The translations under genes and the position numbers were made by a program. A DNA stretch of 64,000 nt from assembly GCF_054482595.1 (NCBI RefSeq), contig NZ_CM137008.1; one strand, given 5' to 3'. Positions 26,354-37,869 of this stretch are shown here, in pieces. Numbering within the stretch: position 1 is the first letter of the stretch; each line of letters starts with the position of its first letter. The notes beneath the pieces were generated by a model. That model saw nothing but the letters and a program-made list of their open reading frames with translations, did no database searches and was not told where the DNA came from.

Positions 26354-27271
26354 ATGCCACTCTCAAAGGTCTGGGCAGGTTCACTGGTTATGTTGGCAGC
26401 CGTGAGCCTGCCGCTACAGGCAGCTTCTCCCGTTAAAGTCGGTTCAAAAATCGATACCGAAGGCGCGCTGCTCGGCAATATCATTTTGCAAGTACTCGAA
26501 AGCCACGGCGTACCGACGGTGAATAAAGTGCAACTCGGAACGACTCCTGTGGTGCGCGGGGCGATTACTTCCGGTGAACTGGATATCTATCCGGAATATA
26601 CCGGCAATGGCGCTTTCTTCTTTAAAGATGAAAACGATGCGGCATGGAAAAACGCGCAGCAAGGTTACGAGAAAGTCAAAAAACTCGATGCAGAGCAAAA
26701 CAAGTTAATCTGGCTGACGCCTGCACCGGCGAATAACACCTGGACCATCGCCGTGCGTCAGGATGTGGCAGAGAAAAACAAACTCACTTCGCTTGCCGAT
26801 CTCGGTCGTTATCTGAAAGAGGGCGGCACCTTCAAACTGGCAGCCTCGGCAGAGTTTATCGAACGCGCCGATGCGTTACCCGCGTTTGAAAAAGCCTACG
26901 ACTTTAAACTCGATCAGGATCAGTTACTGTCACTGGCTGGCGGCGACACGGCGGTAACGATTAAAGCCGCTGCCCAACAAACTTCTGGCGTTAATGCCGC
27001 AATGGCTTACGGCACTGACGGTCCGGTCGCGGCGCTGGGGCTGCAAACCTTAAGCGATCCGCAAGGCGTGCAACCTATCTACGCGCCTGCACCAGTGGTG
27101 CGTGAATCGGTGTTGAAGGAGTATCCGCAAATGGCACAGTGGCTACAGCCAGTCTTCGCCAGCCTCGATGAAAAAACATTGCAGCAACTGAATGCCAGCA
27201 TTGCAGTTGAAGGACTGGATGCCAAAAAAGTGGCTGCCGACTACCTGAAACAAAAAGGGTGGACGAAGTAA
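26354..27271 (+). CDS. osmF: Periplasmic glycine-betaine-binding protein of osmoprotectant ABC transporter
   Basis: 305-aa ORF with signal peptide; first gene of osmF-yehYXW cluster. Confidence 0.9.
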   Translation: MPLSKVWAGSLVMLAAVSLPLQAASPVKVGSKIDTEGALLGNIILQVLESHGVPTVNKVQLGTTPVVRGAITSGELDIYPEYTGNGAFFFKDENDAAWKNAQQGYEKVKKLDAEQNKLIWLTPAPANNTWTIAVRQDVAEKNKLTSLADLGRYLKEGGTFKLAASAEFIERADALPAFEKAYDFKLDQDQLLSLAGGDTAVTIKAAAQQTSGVNAAMAYGTDGPVAALGLQTLSDPQGVQPIYAPAPVVRESVLKEYPQMAQWLQPVFASLDEKTLQQLNASIAVEGLDAKKVAADYLKQKGWTK

Positions 27272-27277
27272 TTTCCC

Positions 27278-28435
27278 GTGACTTATCTACGTATCAATCC
27301 TGTTCTGGCGCTGCTGCTGTTGCTGACGGCAATCGCAGCGGCGCTGCCGTTTATCAGTTACGCGCCTAATCGTTTAGTCTCGGGTGAAGGGCGACATCTC
27401 TGGCAGCTGTGGCCGCAAACGATTTGGATGCTGGTGGGCGTTGGTTGCGCCTGGCTGACAGCCTGTTTTATTCCCGCTAAAAAAGGCAGCATTTTTGCAC
27501 TCATTCTGGCGCAATTCGTCTTCGTATTGCTGGTGTGGGGAGCAGGAAAGGCGGCGACCCAACTGGCGCAAAATGGCAGTGCGCTGGCGCGTACCAGCCT
27601 CGGCAGTGGTTTCTGGCTGGCTGCGGCGCTGGCATTGCTGGCCTGTAGCGATGCCATCCGCCGAATCTCCACGCATCCGCTGTGGCGCTGGTTGTTGCAT
27701 ATGCAGATTGCCATTATTCCGCTGTGGTTGCTGTACTCCGGCACGCTTAACGATCTCTCACTAATGAAAGAATACGCCAACCGTCAGGATGTGTTTGACG
27801 ACGCGCTGGCACAACATCTGACGTTGCTGTTTGGTGCGGTGCTGCCTGCGTTAGTGATTGGTGTGCCGTTGGGCATCTGGTGCTACTTTTCCACTGCGCG
27901 GCAGGGGGCAATTTTTTCTCTGCTCAATGTCATTCAGACCGTGCCTTCGGTGGCGCTCTTTGGCCTGCTGATTGCGCCGCTTGCCGGACTGGTTACGGCC
28001 TTTCCGTGGCTGGGGAAGTTCGGCATAGCAGGAACCGGAATGACACCCGCACTGATTGCGCTGGTGCTCTATGCCTTGCTGCCGCTGGTGCGCGGCGTGG
28101 TAGTAGGCTTGAACCAGATCCCGCGCGATGTGCTGGAGAGCGCCAGAGCGATGGGGATGAGCGGGGCGCAGCGATTCCTGCATGTTCAGTTACCGCTGGC
28201 GTTACCGGTATTTCTGCGCAGCCTGCGGGTGGTGATGGTGCAAACTGTAGGCATGGCGGTGATTGCGGCGTTAATCGGCGCAGGCGGTTTTGGTGCGCTG
28301 GTTTTCCAGGGGCTGCTAAGCAGCGCCATTGATTTAGTGTTGCTGGGGGTGATCCCGGTAATTGTTCTGGCGGTGCTGATCGATGCGCTGTTCGATTTAC
28401 TTATCGCACTGTTGAAGGTGAAACGTAATGATTGA
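27278..28435 (+). CDS. yehY: ABC transporter permease (osmoprotectant uptake)
   Basis: 385-aa hydrophobic ORF, GTG start 6 nt after osmF stop. Confidence 0.85.
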   Translation: MTYLRINPVLALLLLLTAIAAALPFISYAPNRLVSGEGRHLWQLWPQTIWMLVGVGCAWLTACFIPAKKGSIFALILAQFVFVLLVWGAGKAATQLAQNGSALARTSLGSGFWLAAALALLACSDAIRRISTHPLWRWLLHMQIAIIPLWLLYSGTLNDLSLMKEYANRQDVFDDALAQHLTLLFGAVLPALVIGVPLGIWCYFSTARQGAIFSLLNVIQTVPSVALFGLLIAPLAGLVTAFPWLGKFGIAGTGMTPALIALVLYALLPLVRGVVVGLNQIPRDVLESARAMGMSGAQRFLHVQLPLALPVFLRSLRVVMVQTVGMAVIAALIGAGGFGALVFQGLLSSAIDLVLLGVIPVIVLAVLIDALFDLLIALLKVKRND

Positions 28436-29354
28436 ATTTAGCCATGTCAGCAAACTGTTCGGCGCACAAAAAGCCGTTAACGATCTCAATCTCAATTTTC
28501 AGGAAGGGAGTTTTTCGGTGCTGATTGGCACATCTGGTTCCGGCAAATCCACCACCCTGAAAATGATTAACCGCCTGGTGGAACATGACAGCGGAGAGAT
28601 CCGCTTTGCCGGAGAAGAAATTCGCTCGCTGCCAGTACTGGAGTTGCGCCGCCGTATGGGCTATGCCATTCAATCTATTGGCCTGTTTCCCCACTGGAGC
28701 GTGGCGCAAAACATTGCCACCGTGCCGCAATTACAAAAATGGTCGCGGGCGAGGATTGACGATCGTATCGACGAATTAATGGCGCTACTGGGGCTGGAGT
28801 CAAATTTACGTGAGCGTTATCCACATCAGCTTTCCGGTGGTCAGCAGCAACGTGTGGGAGTGGCGCGCGCACTGGCTGCCGATCCGCAAGTCTTACTGAT
28901 GGATGAACCTTTTGGCGCACTGGACCCGGTAACGCGCGGCGCGTTGCAACAAGAGATGACGCGCATTCACCGTTTGCTGGGGCGCACTATTGTGCTGGTC
29001 ACTCATGATATTGATGAGGCGCTACGGCTGGCAGAACATCTGGTATTGATGGATCACGGTGAAGTGGTGCAGCAGGGGAATCCGCTGACGATGCTGACTC
29101 GTCCGGCGAATGATTTTGTCCGCCAGTTTTTTGGACGTAGTGAACTGGGTGTGCGCCTGCTTTCGTTACGTAGTGTGGTGGATTACGTGCGTCGCGAAGA
29201 ACGAGCAGAAGGTGAGGCACTGGCAGAAGAGATGACGCTACGCGATGCGCTCTCTCTGTTTGTCGCGCGGGGATGCGAGGTGCTGCCGGTGGTGAACACG
29301 CAGGGCCAGCCTTGCGGCACGCTGCATTTTCAGGATCTGCTGGTGGAGGCGTAA
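28428..29354 (+). CDS. yehX: ABC transporter ATP-binding protein with C-terminal CBS domain
   Basis: 308-aa ORF with Walker [10 protein letters not shown] and LSGGQQQRV signature; start overlaps yehY by 8 nt. Confidence 0.9.
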   Translation: MIEFSHVSKLFGAQKAVNDLNLNFQEGSFSVLIGTSGSGKSTTLKMINRLVEHDSGEIRFAGEEIRSLPVLELRRRMGYAIQSIGLFPHWSVAQNIATVPQLQKWSRARIDDRIDELMALLGLESNLRERYPHQLSGGQQQRVGVARALAADPQVLLMDEPFGALDPVTRGALQQEMTRIHRLLGRTIVLVTHDIDEALRLAEHLVLMDHGEVVQQGNPLTMLTRPANDFVRQFFGRSELGVRLLSLRSVVDYVRREERAEGEALAEEMTLRDALSLFVARGCEVLPVVNTQGQPCGTLHFQDLLVEA

Positions 29355-29358
29355 GCGT

Positions 29359-30090
29359 ATGAAGATGTTGCGCGATCCGCTGTTCTGGCTCATTGCTTTG
29401 TTTGTGGCACTGATTTTCTGGCTGCCTTACAGCCAGCCGCTGTTTGCTGCCTTGTTCCCACAACTGCCACGACCCGTTTATCAGCAAGAAAGTTTTGCAG
29501 CTCTGGCACTGGCTCATTTCTGGCTGGTGGGAATTTCGAGTTTGTTTGCGGTGATCATTGGTACTGGTGCCGGAATTGCTGTCACTCGCCCGTGGGGCGC
29601 GGAATTTCGCCCACTGGTGGAAACTATTGCCGCCGTTGGACAGACTTTTCCGCCCGTCGCGGTGCTGGCGATCGCCGTTCCGGTGATCGGGTTTGGTCTG
29701 CAACCAGCGATTATCGCCTTGATCCTTTACGGTGTGCTGCCCGTCCTGCAGGCGACACTTGCCGGGCTGGGAGCGATTGATGCCAGCGTGACAGAAGTTG
29801 CGAAAGGTATGGGAATGAGTCGAGGTCAGCGACTGCGTAAGGTCGAGCTACCGCTGGCGGCTCCGGTGATTCTGGCGGGCGTGCGAACTTCGGTGATTAT
29901 CAACATTGGTACGGCGACGATCGCCTCAACGGTAGGGGCCAACACGCTGGGTACGCCCATCATCATCGGGCTTAGCGGATTTAATACCGCGTATGTGATC
30001 CAGGGGGCGTTACTGGTGGCACTGGCGGCGATCATCGCAGACCGCCTGTTTGAAAGGCTGGTGCAGGCGCTTAGCCAGCACGCAAAATAA
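29359..30090 (+). CDS. yehW: ABC transporter permease (osmoprotectant uptake)
   Basis: 243-aa hydrophobic ORF immediately after yehX. Confidence 0.9.
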
Positions 30091-30178
30091 AGGTATAACC
30101 TGCGAGCATGACGCCACCAATTCCGCCTAACGCCATAAACAGGAACAGGGCGATGACCCCAATTTTAGCTATGCGCAT
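30071..30178 (-). CDS. yohO: 35-aa small membrane protein YohO ([35 protein letters not shown])
   Basis: Not in ORF track; found on reverse strand; its last 20 nt overlap the 3' end of convergent yehW; sequence recognised as YohO. Confidence 0.75.
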
Positions 30179-30237
30179 AATGCACTCCTTATGTTAACGA
30201 AAGGATTGTACAGTAAAGCGCATTTGTTAACGAATCA

Positions 30238-30969
30238 TTAAATGCCGAGTGGGAAAATATCATAGCCTTGTTCTTGCCAACTGGTGAGTTGCTGCTGTTG
30301 GGCGGAGGTTCGATTTTCACCGCACCACACCAGCAATGTACGGCCTTCGAACAGTTCAGGGCGTAGTTGATTGAGCGAGTGGGCGAGGACATCAATGCGC
30401 CATCCTTGTTGACTGGCAATCCAGCCCTCCAGCCACAGACGGGTGGTATCCTGAATATTCCAGCCAACCACCAGCGCATCTTTACCCTGTTTTTTACGTG
30501 CCGAAGCCAGACAAATGGCGATGTAGTTGATCAGTACGCCGTCGAGGATCGCCAGCAGCGCCTGGAGAGTCGGTTGTTGGCACTGAAGCCGTCGGCGCAG
30601 AGGAATAAACAAATGCGTGGTGAGCGTCTGGGCGGGGTAATCCTGACCGCGCTCTTTGATCCACGTTCGCAGGCTATGCAGATTGCCGCTTTGCAAGTAA
30701 GTCAGTAATGTTTCTTGCTGATCGCGCCAGCCGTTCTGCACATCAACATTTTCATTACTGAGCAGCATTTTAACTTTGCTGACCTGCACGCCGTTGTCGA
30801 TCCAGCGTTTGATCTCGCGGATCCGGTCAATATCGGCATCGTTGAACAGCCGATGACCGCCGTCTGTCCGTTGCGGTTTCAGCAATCCGTAACGCCTCTG
30901 CCACGCGCGTAACGTGACAGGGTTAATATCACAAAGCAACGCCACTTCACCAATTGTGTAAAGCGCCAT
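30238..30969 (-). CDS. mlrA: MerR-family transcriptional regulator MlrA (activator of csgD / curli)
   Basis: 243-aa ORF with N-terminal MerR HTH (MALYTIGEVALLCDINPVTLRAWQRRYGLL). Confidence 0.9.
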   Translation of the reverse strand: MALYTIGEVALLCDINPVTLRAWQRRYGLLKPQRTDGGHRLFNDADIDRIREIKRWIDNGVQVSKVKMLLSNENVDVQNGWRDQQETLLTYLQSGNLHSLRTWIKERGQDYPAQTLTTHLFIPLRRRLQCQQPTLQALLAILDGVLINYIAICLASARKKQGKDALVVGWNIQDTTRLWLEGWIASQQGWRIDVLAHSLNQLRPELFEGRTLLVWCGENRTSAQQQQLTSWQEQGYDIFPLGI

Positions 30970-31190
30970 CGTCTCACCCTTGCTCGCGAGGTCCCGGTTT
31001 AACTTTAGACGCAGTTTTGCGAACCAGGTAGTTTTGCCCGTTTTTTGTGCATTTATAGGGTGATTTTATTTTTGCCAGGCGATTTTGAGTGATCGTACTC
31101 ACGAATTCTCATTTTTCTGCAAGAGTTCAAAGAAAGTTAAACGCAGGCAATGTATGTTACGCGTTTTAAAGGGAAGTGTGGTTTGCGGGT

Positions 31191-32876
31191 ATGTACGATT
31201 TTAATCTGGTGTTGCTGCTGCTTCAGCAGATGTGCGTTTTTTTAGTCATTGCATGGTTAATGAGTAAAACGCCATTATTCATACCGTTAATGCAGGTCAC
31301 GGTTCGTCTGCCGCATAAGTTTCTCTGCTACATCGTCTTTTCCATCTTCTGCATCATGGGCACCTGGTTTGGGTTGCACATTGACGATTCTATTGCCAAT
31401 ACCCGTGCGATAGGCGCGGTAATGGGCGGCTTACTCGGCGGTCCGGTCGTCGGTGGGCTGGTTGGCCTGACCGGCGGGTTACATCGATATTCGATGGGGG
31501 GCATGACCGCGCTAAGTTGCATGATCTCGACCATCGTTGAAGGATTACTCGGTGGCCTGGTACACAGCATCCTGATCCGCCGCGGGCGCACTGATAAAGT
31601 CTTTAACCCCATTACCGCCGGTGCCGTCACGTTCGTCGCTGAAATGGTGCAAATGTTGATCATCCTGGCGATCGCCCGACCTTATGAAGATGCGGTGCGT
31701 CTGGTGAGTAATATTGCTGCGCCAATGATGGTCACCAATACCGTCGGCGCGGCGCTGTTTATGCGTATATTGCTCGATAAACGCGCGATGTTTGAAAAAT
31801 ACACTTCAGCTTTTTCTGCCACTGCGCTGAAAGTGGCGGCCTCGACGGAAGGCATTTTGCGCCAGGGGTTTAACGAAGTGAACAGCATGAAAGTGGCACA
31901 GGTGCTGTATCAGGAGCTGGATATTGGTGCAGTCGCGATTACCGATCGAGAGAAATTGCTGGCCTTTACCGGAATTGGTGACGACCACCATTTACCCGGC
32001 AAACCGATTTCTTCGACTTACACCTTAAAAGCGATTGAAACCGGTGAAGTGGTCTACGCTGATGGCAACGAAGTACCTTATCGTTGCTCTTTGCATCCGC
32101 AATGCAAACTGGGGTCGACGCTGGTAATTCCGTTGCGTGGCGAAAATCAGCGGGTGATGGGTACCATCAAATTGTATGAAGCCAAAAACCGTTTATTCAG
32201 TTCAATCAACCGCACGCTGGGCGAGGGGATTGCGCAACTGCTTTCGGCGCAGATCCTCGCCGGGCAATATGAGCGGCAAAAAGCGATGCTCACCCAGTCA
32301 GAGATCAAACTGCTTCACGCCCAGGTGAACCCCCATTTTTTGTTTAATGCGCTTAACACCATTAAAGCGGTGATCCGTCGCGACAGCGAACAGGCCAGCC
32401 AGCTGGTGCAGTATCTTTCCACTTTTTTCCGCAAAAACTTAAAGCGGCCTTCGGAGTTTGTTACTCTCGCCGACGAAATTGAACATGTGAACGCTTATCT
32501 GCAAATTGAAAAGGCGCGCTTCCAGTCGCGGTTGCAGGTCAACATTGCTATTCCGCAAGAATTATCCCAGCAGCAATTGCCCGCGTTTACCCTGCAACCG
32601 ATAGTGGAAAACGCCATTAAACATGGGACATCACAACTGCTGGATACAGGGCGAGTGGCAATCAGCGCCAGACGTGAGGGGCAACATTTAATGCTGGAGA
32701 TCGAAGACAATGCCGGTTTGTATCAACCGGTAACCAATGCCAGTGGGCTGGGGATGAATCTGGTGGATAAGCGTTTACGTGAACGGTTTGGCGATGACTA
32801 TGGGATAAGCGTCGCCTGTGAGCCTGATAGTTACACCCGAATAACGTTACGACTACCATGGAGGGACGAGGCATGA
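31191..32876 (+). CDS. btsS: LytS-type sensor histidine kinase BtsS (pyruvate-responsive)
   Basis: ATG at 31191 gives 561-aa protein with 5TM-Lyt membrane domain, GAF region and histidine-kinase core (…[10 protein letters not shown]…). Confidence 0.9.
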
Positions 32877-33592
32877 TTAAAGTCTTAATTGTCGATGATG
32901 AACCGTTAGCACGGGAGAACCTGCGCGTATTTTTGCAGGAGCAGAGCGATATTGAAATCGTTGGAGAGTGTTCAAACGCCGTGGAAGGGATCGGCGCGGT
33001 GCATAAACTGCGCCCGGATGTGCTGTTTCTCGATATCCAGATGCCGCGCATCAGTGGTCTGGAAATGGTGGGGATGCTTGACCCGGAACATCGCCCGTAT
33101 ATCGTTTTTCTCACCGCGTTTGACGAATACGCTATTAAAGCCTTTGAAGAACATGCCTTTGATTATCTGCTGAAGCCAATTGATGAAGCGCGACTGGAGA
33201 AAACGCTGGCGCGTTTGCGTCAGGAACGCAGCAAGCAGGATGTTTCGCTGTTACCGGAAAATCAACAGGCGCTGAAATTTATCCCTTGTACGGGGCATAG
33301 TCGGATTTATTTGCTGCAAATGAAAGATGTGGCATTTGTCAGCAGTCGGATGAGCGGTGTCTACGTTACCAGCCACGAAGGGAAAGAGGGCTTTACCGAA
33401 TTGACATTACGTACCCTGGAAAGTCGTACACCACTACTGCGCTGCCATCGTCAGTATCTGGTTAACCTCGCGCATTTACAGGAGATTCGTCTGGAAGATA
33501 ACGGCCAGGCCGAGTTGATTTTGCGTAATGGCTTAACCGTGCCGGTCAGCCGCCGTTATCTGAAAAGCTTAAAAGAGGCGATTGGCCTGTAA
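32873..33592 (+). CDS. btsR: LytTR-family response regulator BtsR
   Basis: ATG at 32873 overlaps btsS stop (ATGA); 239-aa REC + LytTR protein [16 protein letters not shown]…. Confidence 0.9.
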
Positions 33593-33638
33593 AAGACTGC
33601 TAAAATGGCTTTTTGCCTCATCAACACCTGAAGGCCTC

Positions 33639-34109
33639 ATGCTAAGTAACGATATTCTGCGCAGCGTGCGCTACATTTTGAAAGCCAATAACAATGACCT
33701 GGTGCGTATTCTGGCGTTGGGTAATGTCGAAGCCACCACGGAACAGATCGCCGTCTGGCTACGTAAAGAAGACGAAGAGGGTTTTCAGCGTTGTCCGGAC
33801 ATTGTTTTGTCGTCATTCCTCAATGGCCTGATTTATGAAAAACGCGGCAAGGATGAGTCTGCTCCGGCACTGGAGCCGGAACGTCGCATTAATAACAACA
33901 TCGTGCTGAAAAAATTACGCATCGCGTTTTCGCTGAAAACCGATGACATTCTGGCGATCCTCACCGAACAGCAGTTCCGCGTTTCGATGCCGGAAATTAC
34001 GGCGATGATGCGTGCACCGGATCATAAAAATTTCCGCGAATGCGGCGATCAATTTTTACGTTATTTTCTGCGTGGACTGGCAGCGCGCCAGCATGTGAAG
34101 AAAAGCTAA
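33639..34109 (+). CDS. yehS: DUF1456-family protein
   Basis: ATG at 33639 gives 156-aa MLSNDILRSVRYILK… protein; track ORF begins at upstream TTG. Confidence 0.8.
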   Translation: MLSNDILRSVRYILKANNNDLVRILALGNVEATTEQIAVWLRKEDEEGFQRCPDIVLSSFLNGLIYEKRGKDESAPALEPERRINNNIVLKKLRIAFSLKTDDILAILTEQQFRVSMPEITAMMRAPDHKNFRECGDQFLRYFLRGLAARQHVKKS

Positions 34110-34118
34110 GACGGGTAT

Positions 34119-34143
34119 GGCGGCCATGCGAAACATGGCCGCC
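34119..34143. terminator. Hairpin between convergent yehS and yehR
   Basis: ggcggccatg-cgaaa-catggccgcc 10-bp perfect stem; flanking T/A runs modest. Confidence 0.5.
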
Positions 34144-34149
34144 GACAGA

Positions 34150-34611
34150 TTATTTCACTTCTTTAAAACCAGCGGCTTTCATCACCAGTTCCATTTGCGC
34201 CATAGTGATACCTTTTTTGGCATCTTCAGCAGAAACGTTGATTCCTGAAATACCCTGCAGGGCTTTAAAATCTACTTTTTCCATATCGATAGTCACGTTT
34301 TCCTGCGCGTAGGTATCGGTATAGGTTAATTTTTCTTCAACACCCGCGATGTTTTTGTATTTGGCGCTTAACGGCTCAAGTGTCTTGGCAGCATCTTCTT
34401 TGGTGGTTGCACCAATGGAGGCAAATTGAATTTTGGTTTCAGAAGATTGCTTAAGCACCTTGTCACCTTTGTAGACATAGGTAATGGCAATTTCAGTGCC
34501 GTTCAGATTGGCGCTGAATTTCTTCGATTCTTCTTTGTCACCGCAGCCAGCAAGAGAGAAAACCAGAACAGATGCAACAACAAGGGAAAACAGCTTATTG
34601 AAAGCCTTCAT
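34150..34611 (-). CDS. yehR: Lipoprotein, DUF1307 family
   Basis: ATG at 34611 gives 153-aa protein with lipobox (…FSLAGCGDKEE). Confidence 0.85.
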   Translation of the reverse strand: MKAFNKLFSLVVASVLVFSLAGCGDKEESKKFSANLNGTEIAITYVYKGDKVLKQSSETKIQFASIGATTKEDAAKTLEPLSAKYKNIAGVEEKLTYTDTYAQENVTIDMEKVDFKALQGISGINVSAEDAKKGITMAQMELVMKAAGFKEVK

Positions 34612-34735
34612 GTAAAACTCCATTTTATTTAATCAAGGAACTGGTGACTCTCACCAGGGGCTATATAGGATATGCCTAATACCGTGGCGTGAGCAGTCCG
34701 GAACTGGAGTAGAACTCTTAGTAAAAAGCACTATT

Positions 34736-36736
34736 TCATCCTTGTTGCTGAAGCATAGGGAATAATTGTTCGCACAGCAAAACACCGTTATTCATTGTTT
34801 CTACCCGTGCCTCGCTTTCTGTATTACGAAATTGTCCCAACACATGTGCCAGCCGATAAAAACCCACCGCGGTGAGGTCATTCGCCAGCAACTCTGCCTG
34901 ACCAATAGCACTCTGTTCCTGATAGCGCCAGCCGTTATGGAGCAGTTGAATAAGTAATGCCTGGCAGCGCATCAGCAACTGATGAGCAGTAGACGGCACA
35001 GGCAGAACGCTGGCAGAAGGTAGCGGTGCCACAGGCGCAGTTTCTGCGTCCAGCGCCCAGGCACGAGTCTTTGTCATCATTACCTGTGGTTCCAGTGTCA
35101 ATTGCCCATCAACAAAACTGACAAAGCCAGAAACCAGACACACGGGGTCGTCTGTTTGTTGCAAAAGCGCCGCCATGCGTTCAACGGCATAAGGCGCGCT
35201 GGCTGAGGCTGGCAGTGATAACGTCAGCTGATTATCTTCACCTTCGCCGCTGATTACCTGCGCATCCAGCGTTTGGCGGCTGCTATCCCAACCTAGTGAA
35301 ATACACTCAGCGACCGGCAGAATAAATAAGTTATCGACCTGATTAAGAGGCCGTATGCAGGCGGGGGGACGCTGGCGTAAATATTCCCGCAAAGCCACAA
35401 TGCCCGGCTGGCGCAACGGCGCGCTCAACATTTGCCAGGCATCTGGCGACAGTGGAACAACACTACTCAAGCGGTTACGGGTCGCGAACAGCAGTTCGCC
35501 TTCGGCACTGCGACGCGCTGCTTGTGAAACAATTTGCCCACCTGCCAGTGCGCCAGCCTGAAAACTAAACAGCCGACGTTTTGCCGCGGGAGCGTTTTCT
35601 TGTTCGCTTCTCGGCCAACTACGCGAAAGATGCAAAATACTGCCGGTGTCGGGATCGGTAAACCAGATGCGTAAACCATAATGCTCAATATCCTGCCAGC
35701 AACGCATACCTAAAGACACCAGCCGCAGATGATCAAGCTTTGCTTCTCCGGCAATGCCAGAGCCAACGACCGTGCGCCACGGCACAGGAGGAACTTCACC
35801 AACACTGTCGCGCCGGGCCATCTCTTGTGCGCAATTTAATCGACTGTTTAATGCCGCAAGCTGACGTAAGCATTCTCCGGCATGATAGTGGCTGGCGCGG
35901 GCGTGGAAGGCATCAACGCTGGCGCGCAGTTGCCGTAGCGATTCACTCACCCAGCGCCAGTTGCAGGCCTCTGCCGCCTGCAATGCGCGGTTGAAAGCGG
36001 CCTCGTAGTGAATAAGCGGCTGGCTGATGCCGCTCAGCCATAATGCCTGGCTTAGTTGTTGAACATATTGACGACACGTTTTGCCTTCTTCGCTGGCAAA
36101 CGGATCGTCAGATGATGTGACGTGTTCGCTGCGCATCTGCCAGATTAAATGAGTAAATTCCGCTTGCTGAGTTTTTGCCTGGACAAAGGCCTGTACTGCC
36201 AGTACGACATGTTCGCAAAGTGTGCCTTCAATACAATCACAACGGGCGAAACGAATGCTGCTACGGGAATAAAAACGCACATCGCTCATCGGTAAGCGGG
36301 CAGAGGGAATTTCGCCCGGCGTACAGAACAACTCAATGGTGATGCCTTTAGCGACCAGCGCCTGTGCGCGTTTGCGGGTGGTATCGGGCAGGGTAGCCAG
36401 TTCTTCCAGCCAGATTGCCGGATCCCACTCTTCTTCTTTTTCCGTGGGCTGGACGGTGGCACAAAGTCGTTGATAACTTAACACCAGCATCACGCGATGA
36501 CGGCACATGCCGCTGGCCCCGCAGCTGCACTGAGCCTCTTTCAGTGCCTGGCTGTTCGCCAGCTGGGTACGGACACCGTCACTGAAGGTGGCGATTAAAG
36601 CGCCGTTCTCATGGCTGATCTCCGGGACGTTGCCATTTTCCAGTTCCTTAAGACTGCGCTTAACAAAACCGGCATTGCTTAACGCTGTCAGGGCCTGCGG
36701 TGTCAGTTCTAATAATTCCGGACGTAGTGAATTCAT
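34736..36736 (-). CDS. yehQ: SWIM zinc-finger protein (two CxCx5CxH motifs), last gene of yehLMPQ operon
   Basis: Start chosen at ATG 36736, which forms ATGA overlap with yehP stop (track ORF extends to 36760); motifs CSCGASGMCRH and CDCIEGTLCEH read directly. Exact start uncertain. Confidence 0.8.
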   Translation of the reverse strand: MNSLRPELLELTPQALTALSNAGFVKRSLKELENGNVPEISHENGALIATFSDGVRTQLANSQALKEAQCSCGASGMCRHRVMLVLSYQRLCATVQPTEKEEEWDPAIWLEELATLPDTTRKRAQALVAKGITIELFCTPGEIPSARLPMSDVRFYSRSSIRFARCDCIEGTLCEHVVLAVQAFVQAKTQQAEFTHLIWQMRSEHVTSSDDPFASEEGKTCRQYVQQLSQALWLSGISQPLIHYEAAFNRALQAAEACNWRWVSESLRQLRASVDAFHARASHYHAGECLRQLAALNSRLNCAQEMARRDSVGEVPPVPWRTVVGSGIAGEAKLDHLRLVSLGMRCWQDIEHYGLRIWFTDPDTGSILHLSRSWPRSEQENAPAAKRRLFSFQAGALAGGQIVSQAARRSAEGELLFATRNRLSSVVPLSPDAWQMLSAPLRQPGIVALREYLRQRPPACIRPLNQVDNLFILPVAECISLGWDSSRQTLDAQVISGEGEDNQLTLSLPASASAPYAVERMAALLQQTDDPVCLVSGFVSFVDGQLTLEPQVMMTKTRAWALDAETAPVAPLPSASVLPVPSTAHQLLMRCQALLIQLLHNGWRYQEQSAIGQAELLANDLTAVGFYRLAHVLGQFRNTESEARVETMNNGVLLCEQLFPMLQQQG

Positions 36737-37869
36737 GACTGAAGATTCTCCGCAAGCCATGATGCCAGCTCGCCCGGTGTCATGGCGGCTATTTGTGCGC
36801 CGACATTTACCAGCACCTGGGCCGTATCGTGGTCATAGCAAGGTGTTGCGGTGCTATCGAGCGCCGCCAGTCCCAGCACTTTGATGCCGCTCTGGACACA
36901 CTTTTTCACCTGATGCGTCAGTAATGATGATGAACCCCCTTCGTAAAAATCGCTCACGAGGATAATGACGCTTTTCGCTGGTTGTTCAATAAGTTGCCGA
37001 CCATATTCCACGGCACTGGCGATATTGGTTCCGCCGCCTAATTGCACTTTCATTAATAACTCTACCGGATCGGCAACGTCTGCCGTGAGATCAACCACGC
37101 TGGTGTCAAACGCCACCAGATGGGTACGAATGCCGGGTAACTGCCATAAACAGGCCGCCATCACCGCAGAGTGGATCACCGAATCGACCATCGAGCCGCT
37201 TTGATCAACCAGTAAGACCAGTTGCCATTGTTCGCTTTGGCGTTTAATGCGGCTGTTAAAGCGGGGGGATTCGATATACAACTTGCCGTGTTGCGGGTGC
37301 CAGTGTTGCAGGTTGGCGCGCAGAGTACTTTTGAAATCAAAGTTTCGCGCCAGTGGAATAAATGAGCGGCGACGGCGATCGCGGACACCAGAAAAAGCCT
37401 GACGAACTTCCTTTGCCAGTCGAGCCATAATTTCTTCAACAACCTGGCGCACTATCCGGCGGGCGGCAGCCAGTACTTCGGGATTCATCAGATGTTTGGT
37501 GTGCAAAACGGCGCGTAGCAGGCTTTCAGAAGGCTGCATACGTTCCAGCACGTCGAGATTCGTCACCACATCTTCAATGCCATAGCGCAGTACGGCATCG
37601 CTTTCCAGCCGCTCAATCACCTGTTGCGGAAACAGCGTGTGAATACTGTTGATCCACTCAGGGGGGGTGAGATTTGAGCCACCTAATCCACCGGAGCGTT
37701 CACCACGCTGGAGCCGTTCAGGATCGCGCCCATACAGCCACTCCAGCGCGTGGTCTATCTGCCGGGCGTTGTCATCCAGCCCACAAAGCGTCGTTTCTGC
37801 CGCTTCGCCAAGAATTAATCGCCAGCGTTGTAGCTCACGGGTGGTCAGAAGATCGTTCAGTTCAGACAT
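36733..37869 (-). CDS. yehP: von Willebrand factor A (vWA) domain protein with MIDAS motif
   Basis: ATG at 37869 (MSELNDLLTTRELQRWRL…, 378 aa) overlaps yehM stop by 8 nt; MIDAS DQSGSM…GGT…SDF read directly; track ORF extends further upstream inside yehM. Confidence 0.85.
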   Translation of the reverse strand: MSELNDLLTTRELQRWRLILGEAAETTLCGLDDNARQIDHALEWLYGRDPERLQRGERSGGLGGSNLTPPEWINSIHTLFPQQVIERLESDAVLRYGIEDVVTNLDVLERMQPSESLLRAVLHTKHLMNPEVLAAARRIVRQVVEEIMARLAKEVRQAFSGVRDRRRRSFIPLARNFDFKSTLRANLQHWHPQHGKLYIESPRFNSRIKRQSEQWQLVLLVDQSGSMVDSVIHSAVMAACLWQLPGIRTHLVAFDTSVVDLTADVADPVELLMKVQLGGGTNIASAVEYGRQLIEQPAKSVIILVSDFYEGGSSSLLTHQVKKCVQSGIKVLGLAALDSTATPCYDHDTAQVLVNVGAQIAAMTPGELASWLAENLQS

